NCBI GenBank assembly: GCA_045126975.1
Contig: JBGVPL010000001.1
Location: 8,642 to 72,641, forward strand
Length of the DNA stretch: 64,000 nt
Source of the DNA: Candidatus Aphodosoma sp.
GTDB lineage: Bacteria; Bacteroidota; Bacteroidia; Bacteroidales; Paludibacteraceae
Direction of reading: 5' to 3'
Below are positions 1 to 10,572 of this stretch, one piece after another. Made by a program: the position numbers and the translations under genes. The notes under the pieces are model-generated. The model made no database searches. It was not told the origin of the DNA and saw only the letters and a list, made by a program, of their open reading frames with translations. The stretch's first letter is position 1. Every line of letters begins with the position of its first letter.

Positions 1-2025
1 AAAGTTAAAGCACGTCTTGAAGCTGACTTCCCACTTGTAGCTCCAACAGAAGTAAATATGATGGACGTTGCTCCTCAACAAATTGCTTCTATTGCTGCTG
101 CGTTGATTCCATTCTTGGAGCACGATGACGCGAACCGTGCATTGATGGGATCTAACATGATGCGTCAAGCAGTTCCATTGCTTCGTTCTGAAGCTCCTAT
201 TGTAGGTACTGGTATCGAAGGTCAAATGATTCGCGATTCTCGTACTCAAATTATGGCTGAAGGCGATGGTGTTGTTGAATTTGTTGACGCTTCTGTAATA
301 CGTATTAATTATGAACGTACTGATGATGAAGAATTCGTAAGCTTTGTTGATTCGGTTAAAGAGTATAAATTGCCTAAATTTATGCGTACTAACCAAGATA
401 CAACTATCGACCTTCGTCCTATTGTACGCAAAGGTGATAAAGTAACTAAAGGCCAAATCCTCACAGAAGGTTATTCAACTCAAAATGGAGAATTGGCTCT
501 TGGACGTAACCTTAAAGTGGCTTATATTCCTTGGAAAGGTTACAACTATGAGGATGCTATCGTGCTTAACGAACGTATTGTTCGTGAAGATATCTTTACT
601 TCAGTTCACGTGAGCGAATATTCTCTTGAAGTTCGTGAAACTAAACGTGGTGCAGAGGAACTTACTTCTGACATTCCTAACGTAAGTGAAGATGCAACTC
701 GCAACCTCGATGAAAACGGTATTATCCGTATTGGTGCTCACGTTGTACCTGGCGATATTCTTATTGGTAAAATTACTCCTAAAGGTGAAACTGACCCAAC
801 ACCAGAAGAAAAACTCCTTCGTGCTATCTTCGGTGATAAAGCAGGTGACGTTAAAGATGCATCTCTCAAAGCTTCTCCATCTCTTCGTGGTGTAATTATC
901 GGAAAAGAGTTGTATTGCAAAGCAATTAAAACTCGTAAAGATCGTATCGCCGATAAAGAAGTCCTCGACCGCATGGACGAAAACTTCAAACAAGAAGTTG
1001 CAGCATTGAAAGCGTTGTTAATCGAAAAATTGGTTGCAACTATCAATGGTAAAACTTCTCAAGGTGTTAAAGACTTTATGGGTGTTGACATTATCCCTCG
1101 TGGTAATAAATTCACTCAAAAAGTATTGAACGAAATCGATTTCAATACAGTGCAATTGACTAAATGGACAACAGATGCACATCGTAATGAAATGATTCGT
1201 GATATCATCACTAACTATTTACGTAAAGTAAAAGAACTCGACGCTCAACTTAAACGTGCTAAATTCAATCTTACTATTGGTGATGAACTTCCTTCTGGAA
1301 TTCTTCAACTTGCAAAAGTTTACGTTGCTAAAAAACGTAAAATCCGCGTAGGTGACAAGATGGCGGGTCGTCACGGTAACAAAGGTATTGTTTCTAAAGT
1401 TGTTCGTCAAGAAGATATGCCGTTCCTCGCTGATGGTACTCCAGTTGACATTTGTTTGAACCCTCTTGGTGTGCCTTCTCGTATGAACCTTGGTCAGATT
1501 TTCGAAGCTGTGCTTGGTTGGGCAGGTAAAGAACTTGGTGTTAAGTTTGCTACTCCTATCTTCGATGGTGCAGATATCGATGACCTCAACGAATGGTGTG
1601 ATAAAGCTGGTGTACCTCGTTATGGTAAAACTTATCTTTACGATGGTGGTACTGGTGAACGTTTCGACCAACCTGCAACTGTAGGTGTGACTTACTTCTT
1701 GAAACTTGGTCACATGGTTGATGATAAAATGCACGCTCGTTCTATTGGTCCTTACTCTCTCATTACTCAACAACCATTGGGTGGTAAAGCTCAATTTGGT
1801 GGTCAACGTTTCGGTGAGATGGAGGTTTGGGCACTCGAAGCATTCGGTGCATCAAGCATTCTTCAAGAAATCTTGACAGTTAAGTCTGACGACGTTATGG
1901 GTCGTGCTCGTGCTTACGAAGCAATCGTTAAAGGCGAACCTATGCCACAAGCTGGTATCCCTGAATCTCTCAACGTATTGTTGCACGAATTAGGCGGTCT
2001 TGGTCTCGACGTAACACTTGAGTAA
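1..2025 (+). CDS. rpoB: DNA-directed RNA polymerase subunit beta, C-terminal ~675 aa (5' end lies upstream of the window; frame 1 is open from base 1)
   Basis: Conserved RpoB C-terminal blocks are present ([49 protein letters not shown]). rpoC follows 38 nt downstream. Confidence 0.98.
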   Translation, partial: KVKARLEADFPLVAPTEVNMMDVAPQQIASIAAALIPFLEHDDANRALMGSNMMRQAVPLLRSEAPIVGTGIEGQMIRDSRTQIMAEGDGVVEFVDASVIRINYERTDDEEFVSFVDSVKEYKLPKFMRTNQDTTIDLRPIVRKGDKVTKGQILTEGYSTQNGELALGRNLKVAYIPWKGYNYEDAIVLNERIVREDIFTSVHVSEYSLEVRETKRGAEELTSDIPNVSEDATRNLDENGIIRIGAHVVPGDILIGKITPKGETDPTPEEKLLRAIFGDKAGDVKDASLKASPSLRGVIIGKELYCKAIKTRKDRIADKEVLDRMDENFKQEVAALKALLIEKLVATINGKTSQGVKDFMGVDIIPRGNKFTQKVLNEIDFNTVQLTKWTTDAHRNEMIRDIITNYLRKVKELDAQLKRAKFNLTIGDELPSGILQLAKVYVAKKRKIRVGDKMAGRHGNKGIVSKVVRQEDMPFLADGTPVDICLNPLGVPSRMNLGQIFEAVLGWAGKELGVKFATPIFDGADIDDLNEWCDKAGVPRYGKTYLYDGGTGERFDQPATVGVTYFLKLGHMVDDKMHARSIGPYSLITQQPLGGKAQFGGQRFGEMEVWALEAFGASSILQEILTVKSDDVMGRARAYEAIVKGEPMPQAGIPESLNVLLHELGGLGLDVTLE

Positions 2026-2063
2026 TCTACAATAAATATTAATTGCACATCAAATAAAAGACT

Positions 2064-5000
2064 ATGGCTTTTAGAAGAGATAATAAAGTAAAAACTAATT
2101 TCAGCAAAATCTCAATCGGTTTGGCTTCTCCTGAAAAAATTCTTGAGTCGTCTTATGGTGAGGTTTTGAAACCTGAAACAATCAACTATCGTACCTACAA
2201 ACCTGAACGCGATGGTTTGTTCTGCGAGCGCATTTTCGGTCCTTGTCGCGACTATGAATGTCATTGCGGTAAATACAAACGTATCCGTTATAAAGGTATT
2301 GTCTGCGATCGTTGTGGTGTAGAAGTTACTGAAAAGAAAGTACGTCGTGAACGTTCAGGTCACATCCAACTCGTTGTGCCTGTAGCTCACATTTGGTATT
2401 TCCGTTCTACTCCAAACAAGATTGGTTACCTTCTCGGTATGCCATCTAAAAAGTTGGATGCGATTATCTATTACGAAAAATACATCATTCTTCAAACTGG
2501 TGTTCTCGAAGGTGTAGAGGGTGTTGAAGTAGGTGAATTGATTGAAGAAGACCGCTATATGGAGTTGATGGATTTGTTGGCAGAAAAAGATCGCAACAAC
2601 CACCTTCTCGAAGATACTGATCCTAATAAGTTTATTTGTAAAATGGGTGCAGAAGCTATCTATGATATGCTTCGTAATCTCGACCTTGATAAACTTTCAT
2701 ACGAATTGCGTGATAAGGCTAATACTGATACATCTCAACAACGTAAAGCTGAAGCTTTGAAACGTTTGAATGTTATCGAATCTTTCCGTGCTGCTCGTCA
2801 CCGCAGTCGTCCTGAATGGATGATTCTCAAAACATTGCCTGTTATTCCACCTGAATTGCGTCCACTCGTACCACTTGATGGTGGTCGTTTCGCTACATCA
2901 GATGTTAATGACTTGTATCGTCGCGTTATTATCCGTAACAACCGTCTCAAACGTCTTATCGAAATCAAAGCTCCTGAAGTTATTCTTCGTAACGAAAAAC
3001 GTATGTTGCAAGAGGCAGTCGATTCATTGATCGATAACTCACGCAAATCTAACGCAATGAAGACTGACTCTAATCGTCCTTTGAAATCTTTGACTGATAG
3101 TTTGAAAGGTAAACAAGGTCGTTTCCGTCAAAATCTCCTCGGTAAACGTGTTGACTATTCTGCTCGTTCGGTTATCGTTGTTGGTCCTGAATTGCAAATG
3201 CACGAGTGTGGTCTTCCAAAAGATATGGCTGCTGAGCTTTACAAACCATTTATTATTCGTAAACTCATCGAACGTGGTATTGTAAAAACTGTTAAGTCAG
3301 CTAAAAAATTCATTGACCGTAAAGATCCAGTTGTTTGGGATATTCTCGAACACGTGATGAAAGGTCACCCTGTATTGCTCAACCGTGCTCCTACTCTTCA
3401 CCGTCTTGGTATTCAAGCATTCCAACCTAAGATGATTGAAGGTAAAGCAATTCAACTTCACCCACTTTCTTGTACTGCGTTCAACGCCGACTTCGACGGT
3501 GACCAGATGGCGGTTCACCTTCCACTTGGTAATGAGGCTATTCTCGAAGCTCAAATGCTTATGCTCGCTTCTCACAATATCCTCAACCCTGCTAACGGTT
3601 CGCCTATTACTGTCCCTTCTCAAGATATGGTGCTCGGTCTTTACTATATCACTAAAGCCCGTAAAGGTGTGAAAGGTGAAGGCTTGAAATTCTACTCTCC
3701 AGAAGAGGTTGAAATCGCTTACAACGAAGGTGCTGTAGATATTCACGCTATTATTTCGGTTCGTACTCACGACGTAGATAAAGAAGGTAATTTCGTTACT
3801 CGTCTTATCGAAGAAACTACTGTTGGTCGTGTTATCGTTAACAAATTTGTGCCAAAAGAGTGTGGTTATCTCAACGAATTGTTGTCTAAAAAATCACTCC
3901 GTAACGTTATCGGTCGCGTAATCGAAACTTGTGGTGTGGCTCGTACAGCAAAATTCCTCGATGATATCAAAAACCTCGGTTATCAAATGGCATTCCGTGG
4001 TGGTTTGTCTTTCAACTTGGCTGACGTTATCATCCCTGAAGAAAAAGAAGCTCTCGTTAACTCTGGTTACGAAGAGGTAGAAAATATTATGAACGATTAT
4101 AACATGGGTTATATTACTAATAACGAACGTTATAATCAAATCATCGACACTTGGACTCGTGTTAACAGCGAATTGACAAGCGTCGTAATGAAACAACTCT
4201 CTGGCGACAATCAAGGTTTCAACTCAGTTTATATGATGTTGGATTCTGGTGCCCGTGGTTCGCGTGAGCAAATTCGTCAGTTGTCAGGTATGCGTGGTTT
4301 GATGGCTAAACCTCAAAAAGCAGGTGCTGAAGGCGGTCAAATTATCGAAAACCCTATCTTGGCGAACTTTAAAGAAGGTCTTAGCGTGTTGGAGTACTTT
4401 ATTTCTACTCACGGTGCGCGTAAAGGTCTTGCCGATACAGCGTTGAAAACAGCCGATGCTGGTTACCTCACTCGTCGTCTTGTTGACGTTTCTCACGACG
4501 TTATCATTACAGAAGAAGACTGTGGTACATTGCGTGGTCTCGTTGCTACTGAAATCAAAAACAACGAAGAGGTTGTTGCATCTCTTTATGAACGTATCCT
4601 CGGTCGTGTTTCTGTTCACGATGTTATCGACCCACTTACTGGCGACCTTATCGTTGCTGCAGGTGAAGAGATTGTAGAGGCTGCTGCTAAACGTATTGAA
4701 AATTCACCAATCGAACGCGTTGAAATTCGTTCAGTGCTCACTTGTGAAGCTCGTCATGGTGTTTGTGCTAAATGTTACGGACGTAACCTTGCTACTGGTC
4801 GTATGGTTAACAAAGGTGAAGCTGTTGGTGTTATTGCTGCACAATCTATCGGTGAGCCAGGTACTCAGTTGACACTTCGTACATTCCACGTCGGTGGTGT
4901 GGCTTCGAATATTGCTGTTGACAATGGTATCACATCTAAATACGATGGTCGTCTCGAAATTGACGAACTCCGTACTGTTGATGCTGAAGATGCTACAGGT

Positions 5001-6374
5001 AATAAATATCAAGTTGTTGTAGGACGTTTGGCTGAGGCTCGTATCATCGACCACAACACAGGTATTGCTCTTACAACTCAAAATATACCTTACGGTTCTA
5101 AACTCTTTATCCCTGCTGGTTCTGAAATCAAGAAAGGTGATAAGATTTGTGAATGGGACCCATTCAACGCAGTTATCGTTTCTGAGGTTGCTGGTACTGT
5201 TCAATTCGAATCTATGGTTGAAAACTCAACTTATAAAGTAGAGTCTGACGAAACTACAGGTCTTTTGGAGAAAATTATTATCGAGTCAAAAGACAAAACT
5301 AAAGCTCCTGCAGCTCAAATTGTCGATAAAGCTGGTAATGTTCTCAAAACATACAACCTCCCAGTGGGTGCTCACTTGGTAGTTGATGCTAAACAAAAGG
5401 TTAAACCTGGTGATTTGATTGTTAAGATTCCACGTGCCGTAGGTAAAACAGGTGACATCACCGGTGGTCTTCCACGTGTTACTGAATTGTTCGAAGCACG
5501 TAACCCGTCGAACCCGGCTGTCGTTTCTGAAATCGATGGTGAAATCACATTCGGTAAAATCAAACGTGGTAACCGCGAAATCATCCTTACTTCACGTACA
5601 GGTGAAGAGAAAAAATACCTCGTGCTCTTGTCAAAACAAATTCTTGTTCAAGATGGCGACTATGTGCGTGCAGGTACTCCTCTCTCTGATGGTGCTATCA
5701 CTCCTGCCGATATCTTGGCTATTAAAGGTCCTACTGCTGTTCAAGAATATATCGTGAACGAAGTACAAGACGTTTATCGCCTCCAAGGTGTGAAAATCAA
5801 CGACAAACACTTCGAAGTTATTGTACGCCAAATGATGCGTAAAGTGCAAATTGCTGACGCAGGTGATACTCGCTTCCTCGAAGGTCAAGTTGTTGACAAA
5901 ATAGAGTTTATGGAAGAAAATGACCGTATCTGGGGCAAAAAAGTTGTTACTGATGCAGGTGATTCTACAAACTTTATGGCTGGTCAAATCGTGACAGCAC
6001 GTAAACTTCGCGATGAAAACTCGGCTCTCAAACGTCGTGATATGCGTACAGTTGAAACTCGTGATGCTATGCCAGCTACTTCTATTCAAATGCTTCAAGG
6101 TATCACACGTGCAGCTCTTCAAACTCAATCGTTTATGTCGGCTGCATCGTTCCAAGAAACTCCAAAAGTATTGAATGAAGCTGCTATTAATGGTAAAGTT
6201 GACCACCTCTTGGGTATGAAAGAAAACGTTATCGTTGGTCACAAGATTCCTGCTGGTACAGGTCTCCGCGAATACGACCACTTGTTTGTGGCTTCGCGCG
6301 AAGAGTACGAACGCATGTCTGAAGCGAGCCGTAACGTTACAGATATCGAAGAAGTTACTGAAGGAATGAATTAA
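2064..6374 (+). CDS. rpoC: DNA-directed RNA polymerase subunit beta' (1436 aa)
   Basis: Zn-finger [23 protein letters not shown], catalytic [12 protein letters not shown] motif, and full-length colinearity with RpoC. Confidence 0.98.
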   Translation: MAFRRDNKVKTNFSKISIGLASPEKILESSYGEVLKPETINYRTYKPERDGLFCERIFGPCRDYECHCGKYKRIRYKGIVCDRCGVEVTEKKVRRERSGHIQLVVPVAHIWYFRSTPNKIGYLLGMPSKKLDAIIYYEKYIILQTGVLEGVEGVEVGELIEEDRYMELMDLLAEKDRNNHLLEDTDPNKFICKMGAEAIYDMLRNLDLDKLSYELRDKANTDTSQQRKAEALKRLNVIESFRAARHRSRPEWMILKTLPVIPPELRPLVPLDGGRFATSDVNDLYRRVIIRNNRLKRLIEIKAPEVILRNEKRMLQEAVDSLIDNSRKSNAMKTDSNRPLKSLTDSLKGKQGRFRQNLLGKRVDYSARSVIVVGPELQMHECGLPKDMAAELYKPFIIRKLIERGIVKTVKSAKKFIDRKDPVVWDILEHVMKGHPVLLNRAPTLHRLGIQAFQPKMIEGKAIQLHPLSCTAFNADFDGDQMAVHLPLGNEAILEAQMLMLASHNILNPANGSPITVPSQDMVLGLYYITKARKGVKGEGLKFYSPEEVEIAYNEGAVDIHAIISVRTHDVDKEGNFVTRLIEETTVGRVIVNKFVPKECGYLNELLSKKSLRNVIGRVIETCGVARTAKFLDDIKNLGYQMAFRGGLSFNLADVIIPEEKEALVNSGYEEVENIMNDYNMGYITNNERYNQIIDTWTRVNSELTSVVMKQLSGDNQGFNSVYMMLDSGARGSREQIRQLSGMRGLMAKPQKAGAEGGQIIENPILANFKEGLSVLEYFISTHGARKGLADTALKTADAGYLTRRLVDVSHDVIITEEDCGTLRGLVATEIKNNEEVVASLYERILGRVSVHDVIDPLTGDLIVAAGEEIVEAAAKRIENSPIERVEIRSVLTCEARHGVCAKCYGRNLATGRMVNKGEAVGVIAAQSIGEPGTQLTLRTFHVGGVASNIAVDNGITSKYDGRLEIDELRTVDAEDATGNKYQVVVGRLAEARIIDHNTGIALTTQNIPYGSKLFIPAGSEIKKGDKICEWDPFNAVIVSEVAGTVQFESMVENSTYKVESDETTGLLEKIIIESKDKTKAPAAQIVDKAGNVLKTYNLPVGAHLVVDAKQKVKPGDLIVKIPRAVGKTGDITGGLPRVTELFEARNPSNPAVVSEIDGEITFGKIKRGNREIILTSRTGEEKKYLVLLSKQILVQDGDYVRAGTPLSDGAITPADILAIKGPTAVQEYIVNEVQDVYRLQGVKINDKHFEVIVRQMMRKVQIADAGDTRFLEGQVVDKIEFMEENDRIWGKKVVTDAGDSTNFMAGQIVTARKLRDENSALKRRDMRTVETRDAMPATSIQMLQGITRAALQTQSFMSAASFQETPKVLNEAAINGKVDHLLGMKENVIVGHKIPAGTGLREYDHLFVASREEYERMSEASRNVTDIEEVTEGMN

Positions 6375-6383
6375 TATTTGTAT

Positions 6384-6418
6384 AGATAAAAGACGAAGAT
6401 ACGAGATAAAAGATATAG
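6384..6418. repeat. Tandem heptamer array (AGATAAA/AGACGAA/GATACGA/GATAAAA/GATATAG)
   Basis: Five consecutive 7-nt units share GAYA and start 10 nt after the rpoC stop. Confidence 0.7.
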
Positions 6419-6461
6419 TTTAATGTCTGGTATTTAATATTTAAAATCTTTATAGTGATAA

Positions 6462-6499
6462 AATCCTCTTATTCGCTTGTCGAATAAGAGGATTTTTTT
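6462..6499 (+). terminator. Intrinsic terminator after rpoC
   Basis: Perfect 14-bp stem aatcctcttattcg/cgaataagaggatt, 5-nt loop, then T5. Confidence 0.85.
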
Positions 6500-6579
6500 G
6501 TATCTTTGCATTCGCGAATGGGTTATACTTCAACATAACTTAAATAAATTTTGTTCTGTTTCGGTTACCCCATTTTTAC

Positions 6580-6606
6580 ATTACTAATTACTCATTACTA
6601 ATTAAT
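6580..6606. repeat. Tandem heptamer array ATTACTA/ATTACTC x4 abutting the mscS-like start codon
   Basis: The units attacta attactc attacta attaata run directly into the ATG at 6607. Confidence 0.7.
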
Positions 6607-7797
6607 ATGAATACAACTATTTTACATTGGTTATCAGATTGGGGAGTGCCAGTTATGGCACATGAATGGCTCTATTGGCTAATTACACTTGTATGTGTAG
6701 GTTTTATTGTTTATCTTGTTGATTTAATTTGTCGTCGATTGGTGATACCTGCTATACGAAAAGTAACACGTAAAACCAATTTTGAGTGGGATGATATTGT
6801 GTTGAATGATGCGATGCTCAAGGATATGTCGCGTTTGGTGCCTCCTATTATGTTGGCTGTTTTGTTGCCTATGATATTTGTTGAGGGAAGCGAGACATTG
6901 GATTTTGTTTTGCGTGTCAATTATATCTATCTTGTTGTTGTTGTATCTAAGTTGGTGTGCACTTTTCTTGCTTCGTTATATGATTTGTCGCAACATAATG
7001 AGCGTTTGAAAAATCACTCGTTACAAAGTGTTTATCAAATGCTTAAGGTGTTGATAATTTGTGTGGCATTGATTATTGTGGTTAGTATTCTTATCAATAA
7101 AAATCCAGGTTATATTCTCACTGCACTTGGTGCTTCGGCTGCTGTATTGATGTTGGTATTCAAAGATATGATTGTGGGTTTAGTTGCAGGAGTGCAGTTG
7201 TCGGTCAACGATATGCTTCGTCCTGGCGATTGGATTGCTATGCCTAAATATGGTGCAGATGGCGATGTTATCGAGGTAAGTCTTACTACTGTGAAGGTGC
7301 AAAATTGGGATAAAACTATCACAACAATCCCTCCATACGCTCTTGTTAGCGATTCATTCCAAAATTGGAGAGGTATGCAAGAGAGTGGTGGTCGTCGTGT
7401 GAAGCGTGCGGTTTATATCGATATGCGTTCAATACAATTTTGTACCGAAGAGCAGATGGAAGATTTTGAAGTGAAAGGTTGGCTCGAAGGCATAGAACGT
7501 GTCGATGGTTTCCCTGTTAATTTGCATATTTTCCGTAACTATTTGGAAAAATATCTTCGTAATCATCCGCGTGTTAATCAAGGTATGACTATTATGGTGC
7601 GTCAATTGCAACCAACAGCACAAGGTCTTCCACTCGAATTATATTTCTTCTCAGATGGTACTGCATGGATTCCTTACGAGCAACTTCAAGCTGAAGTATT
7701 TGAGCATGTTTTTGCAATGTTACCAACCTTTGGTCTCCGCATCTTCCAATCTCCTATGGGTATTGATTTCACGGGTGAATCATTAAATGTAAATTAA
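6607..7797 (+). CDS. Mechanosensitive ion channel (MscS family) protein
   Basis: N-terminal TM helices followed by an MscS beta-domain signature (LSVNDMLRPGDWIAMPKYGADGDVIEVSLTTVKVQNWDKTITTIPPYALVSDSFQNW). Confidence 0.85.
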   Translation: MNTTILHWLSDWGVPVMAHEWLYWLITLVCVGFIVYLVDLICRRLVIPAIRKVTRKTNFEWDDIVLNDAMLKDMSRLVPPIMLAVLLPMIFVEGSETLDFVLRVNYIYLVVVVSKLVCTFLASLYDLSQHNERLKNHSLQSVYQMLKVLIICVALIIVVSILINKNPGYILTALGASAAVLMLVFKDMIVGLVAGVQLSVNDMLRPGDWIAMPKYGADGDVIEVSLTTVKVQNWDKTITTIPPYALVSDSFQNWRGMQESGGRRVKRAVYIDMRSIQFCTEEQMEDFEVKGWLEGIERVDGFPVNLHIFRNYLEKYLRNHPRVNQGMTIMVRQLQPTAQGLPLELYFFSDGTAWIPYEQLQAEVFEHVFAMLPTFGLRIFQSPMGIDFTGESLNVN

Positions 7798-7862
7798 TTA
7801 GTTAAAAGTTGTTTTATTCAATTTATTTATATAACTTTGTGGTGTAATAAAACGAATTGATT

Positions 7863-8426
7863 ATGTTTGATAGATTTCTTGATTTAGATGTTTATATGCA
7901 AGTCTTTTGGTCGCTTGCTTTGGTATCAACTGTAGTTTTTTTGATACAAATGGTTATGACCTTTATTGGTCTTGATAGTGATACAGAAATGGGGTCGGGT
8001 TTTGATGATGTGGAAATGGAAGGTGTGGCAGGATTTTTCTCATTTCGTAATTTTGTCAACTTTTTGCTTGGCTATGGTTGGGGTGGTGTATTGCTTGCCG
8101 AGTCTATAAAAAATATGCTTTGGTTGCAATTAGCAGCTTTGGGTATTGGTTTTTTACTTGTACTTATTTTTGTTTTCGTATTGCGTCAGGTGATGAAACT
8201 TGCAACTGATAAAACTTTCCGTCTCGAAGAGGCTGTAGGTCAGGTGGCTGATACCTATTTACGTATTCCCGCTACTAAGTCAGGTTCGGGTAAAATACTT
8301 GTAAGTGTGCGTGGTTCGATACACGAATTGGAGGCAATGACCGAAGGTGACGAAATCCCTACAGGAGCAAAAGTGCGTGTAACAAAAGCTATCGGTTCCG
8401 AATTGGTCGAAGTGGAAAAAATTTAG
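7863..8426 (+). CDS. NfeD/YqiJ-like membrane protein (partner of flotillin)
   Basis: TM helices plus a C-terminal OB-like NfeD domain (GKILVSVRGSIHELEAMTEGDEIPTGAKVRVTKAIGSELVEVEKI), immediately upstream of a flotillin gene. The ATG at 7863 is preferred over the TTG at 7857. A TAACTTTG -7 box lies at 7833-7840. Confidence 0.75.
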   Translation: MFDRFLDLDVYMQVFWSLALVSTVVFLIQMVMTFIGLDSDTEMGSGFDDVEMEGVAGFFSFRNFVNFLLGYGWGGVLLAESIKNMLWLQLAALGIGFLLVLIFVFVLRQVMKLATDKTFRLEEAVGQVADTYLRIPATKSGSGKILVSVRGSIHELEAMTEGDEIPTGAKVRVTKAIGSELVEVEKI

Positions 8427-8427
8427 A

Positions 8428-8462
8428 TAAGGAACAAGGAATAAGGAATAGGGAACAAGGCT
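8428..8462. repeat. Tandem heptamer array TAAGGAA/CAAGGAA/TAGGGAA
   Basis: Five 7-nt units start 2 nt after the nfeD-like stop. Confidence 0.8.
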
Positions 8463-8463
8463 G

Positions 8464-8507
8464 CTCTCATATTCCTCCCCTGTTTTAGGGAGGTGTCCGA
8501 ATGCTCG
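8464..8507 (+). repeat. GGGGAGG hairpin element, copy 1
   Basis: Sequence ctctcatattcctcccctgttttagggaggtgtccgaatgctcg. It contains the CCTCCCCT-GTTT-TAGGGAGG inverted repeat and is near-identical to copies at 8541, 40268 and (reverse) 16160. Confidence 0.85.
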
Positions 8508-8540
8508 TGAAAAAGCTGAAGCAGTAGGCGAAACTTTCTT

Positions 8541-8587
8541 ATATTCCTCCCCTGTTTTAGGGGAGGTGCCCAACGGGCGGAGGGGTT
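8541..8587 (+). repeat. GGGGAGG hairpin element, copy 2
   Basis: Sequence atattcctcccctgttttaggggaggtgcccaacgggcggaggggtt. An 8-bp perfect hairpin is followed by a G-rich tail and fused to a TTCAACT array. Confidence 0.9.
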
Positions 8588-8657
8588 TTCAACTTTCAAC
8601 TTTCAACTTTCAACTTTCAACTTTCAACTTTCAACTCTTAACTCTAAACTCTATAAT
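8588..8657 (+). repeat. Tandem heptamer array, TTCAACT x7 then CTTAACT/CTAAACT/CTATAAT
   Basis: Strict 7-nt period. The array ends 1 nt before the flotillin ATG (8659). Confidence 0.95.
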
Positions 8658-8658
8658 T

Positions 8659-10008
8659 ATGGCTAATCTTGCATTAATTGCTGTTATTTTGGTGGTTGTT
8701 GTATTTATCACCATTGCAGCTGTGATTCGTCGTTACAGACGTTGTCCTTCGGACAAAATTCTTGTAGTTTATGGTAGAACTGGTGGTGGCTCTGCTCGTT
8801 GTATTCATGGTGGTGGTAAATTCATTTGGCCAATCATTCAAGATTATGCCTATTTGAATCTTACACCTATTTCGATTGATGCAAACTTGACAAATGCACT
8901 TTCACGTCAAAATATACGTGTTGATGTACCTTGTCGTTTCACAGTAGGTATTTCAACCGAAGCAGATTCAATGAATAATGCGGCAGAACGTCTTTTGGGT
9001 TTGACATCTAATGAAATTCAGGAATTAGCTCGTGATATTCTTTTTGGTCAATTACGTTTGGTCATTGCTACAATGTCGATTGAAGAGATTAATAGCGACC
9101 GTGATAAATTTCTCGAAAATATCTCTAAAAACGTAGAAGTTGAGTTGAAGAAGATAGGTCTTCGCTTGATTAACGTAAACGTAACCGACATCAAAGATGA
9201 GTCGGGTTATATCGAAGCACTCGGTAAAGAGGCTGCTGCAAAAGCTATTAACGAAGCAAAAGTTAGTGTAGCAGAACAAGATAAATATGGTGAAATTGGT
9301 AAAGCCGAAGCAGTGCGTGATACTCGTATCAAGACGTCAGAGGCTAATGCTGTTGCTGTAAAAGGTGAGAACAATGCTCAAATTGAGGTAGCTAATTCTA
9401 ATGCTTTCCGTCGTGAGAAAGAGGCAGAAGCTAATCGTTTGGCTATTGCTGCTGAAAAAGTTCAACAAGCTAAAGCATTACAAGAAGCGTACGCTGCCGA
9501 ACGCGAAGCCGAGTTGGCTCGTGCCGAACGTGAGCGTTCAACTCAACAAGCCAATGTTATTGTGCCACAAGAAGTTGAAAAACAACGTCGCATTATTGAA
9601 GCAGAAGCAGAAGCTGAACGTCTTCGTGTAAATGCCAAAGGAGAGGCAGATGCGATTTATGCAAAAATGGAAGCCGAAGCAAAAGGTCTTTACGAAATTC
9701 TTACCAAACAAGCAGCAGGTTACGATCGTATGGTGCAAGCTGCTGGTGGTGATGCCAACAAAGCATATATGTTGCTCTTGCTTGAAAAATTGCCAGAATT
9801 GGTTAAAACACAAGTCGAAGCAGTTAAAGGAGTTAATATCGACCATGTTACAGTTTGGGATTCAGGCAATAATGCCGATGGCAAAGGTTCAACAGCCAAT
9901 TTCGTATCAGGTTTGATGAAATCAGTTCCCCCATTGAATGACCTCTTCGACCTAGCCGGAATGAATCTACCAGAATATCTTGGCAAAAAACAAGAAGAAA
10001 AAGAGTAA
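8659..10008 (+). CDS. Flotillin / SPFH (band 7) domain protein
   Basis: TM anchor (MANLALIAVILVVVVFITIAAVI), SPFH domain, and an Ala/Glu-rich coiled coil. The start is set at M32 of the ORF because the upstream 31 codons are read-through of the repeat array. Confidence 0.9.
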   Translation: MANLALIAVILVVVVFITIAAVIRRYRRCPSDKILVVYGRTGGGSARCIHGGGKFIWPIIQDYAYLNLTPISIDANLTNALSRQNIRVDVPCRFTVGISTEADSMNNAAERLLGLTSNEIQELARDILFGQLRLVIATMSIEEINSDRDKFLENISKNVEVELKKIGLRLINVNVTDIKDESGYIEALGKEAAAKAINEAKVSVAEQDKYGEIGKAEAVRDTRIKTSEANAVAVKGENNAQIEVANSNAFRREKEAEANRLAIAAEKVQQAKALQEAYAAEREAELARAERERSTQQANVIVPQEVEKQRRIIEAEAEAERLRVNAKGEADAIYAKMEAEAKGLYEILTKQAAGYDRMVQAAGGDANKAYMLLLLEKLPELVKTQVEAVKGVNIDHVTVWDSGNNADGKGSTANFVSGLMKSVPPLNDLFDLAGMNLPEYLGKKQEEKE

Positions 10009-10012
10009 AATA

Positions 10013-10044
10013 TTTGGTAGTTAGCGAAATAATTTGTAACTTTG
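10013..10044 (+). promoter_or_regulatory. Bacteroidetes sigma-A type promoter of rimP-nusA-infB
   Basis: TTTG (10013-10016), 20-nt spacer, TAACTTTG (10037-10044). Confidence 0.65.
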
Positions 10045-10061
10045 CATCGAATTTAAGATAT

Positions 10062-10084
10062 TGAGGGGACGAGTAGTCCCCTCA
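10062..10084 (+). promoter_or_regulatory. Leader hairpin in the rimP-nusA-infB 5' UTR
   Basis: Perfect 9-bp stem tgaggggac/gtcccctca with loop gagta, located between the predicted TSS and the rimP start. Confidence 0.5.
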
Positions 10085-10104
10085 GTTCGTAGTATTAAGT
10101 GATT

Positions 10105-10572
10105 ATGATACAAAAAGATATTATTACTAATTTGGTTATCAGCAAGTTGACTGATACGAGATATTTTTTGGTTGATGTTACGGTGTCGGCTGATAACGTG
10201 ATAAAAGTGGAAATTGATGCTGAAGATGGCGTTGATATTGATTTTTGTGTGGAGTTGAATCGCTTTATTGAGGCGAATTTTGACCGTGAAGTAGAGGATT
10301 ATGAACTTGAAGTGGGTTCGGCTGGGCTTACTTCGCCATTCAAAGTGAAGCGTCAATACGAGAAAAATCTCAATAAGGATGTTGAGGTGTTAGAGGCTAA
10401 TGGCATTAAACACGAGGGTGTGTTGGTCGAAGTGGGTGATGAGAGTTTCGTGATAGAGGAGACTAAAATGATACGTAAAGAGGGTGATAAGCGTAAAAAG
10501 GCTTATACTGAGCGTGTCGAATTCAAATATTCTGAAATAAAATATACTAAATACATAATAAACTTTAAGTAA
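10105..10572 (+). CDS. rimP: Ribosome maturation factor RimP
   Basis: Its size and its position directly upstream of nusA. The TAATG stop/start overlap with nusA implies translational coupling. Confidence 0.85.
   Translation: MIQKDIITNLVISKLTDTRYFLVDVTVSADNVIKVEIDAEDGVDIDFCVELNRFIEANFDREVEDYELEVGSAGLTSPFKVKRQYEKNLNKDVEVLEANGIKHEGVLVEVGDESFVIEETKMIRKEGDKRKKAYTERVEFKYSEIKYTKYIINFK

Noticed and set aside
601-6281. Numerous 60-216 aa antisense or alternative-frame ORFs inside rpoB, rpoC and (11895-14840) infB
   Set aside because: All are nested in highly conserved genes with strong codon bias. They have no independent signals.
8280-8573. 97-aa minus-strand ORF across the 8.4-8.6 kb repeat block
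   Set aside because: It consists of repeat translations only (SPKTGEEY twice, LVPYSLFLVPY from the TAAGGAA array). It is useful only as evidence that the element has an open reverse frame.
8566-8658. N-terminal 31-codon extension of the flotillin ORF (MPNGRRGFQLSTFNFQLSTFNFQLLTLNSII)
   Set aside because: It is read-through of the hairpin element and the stop-free TTCAACT array. The ATG at 8659 gives the normal flotillin membrane anchor.
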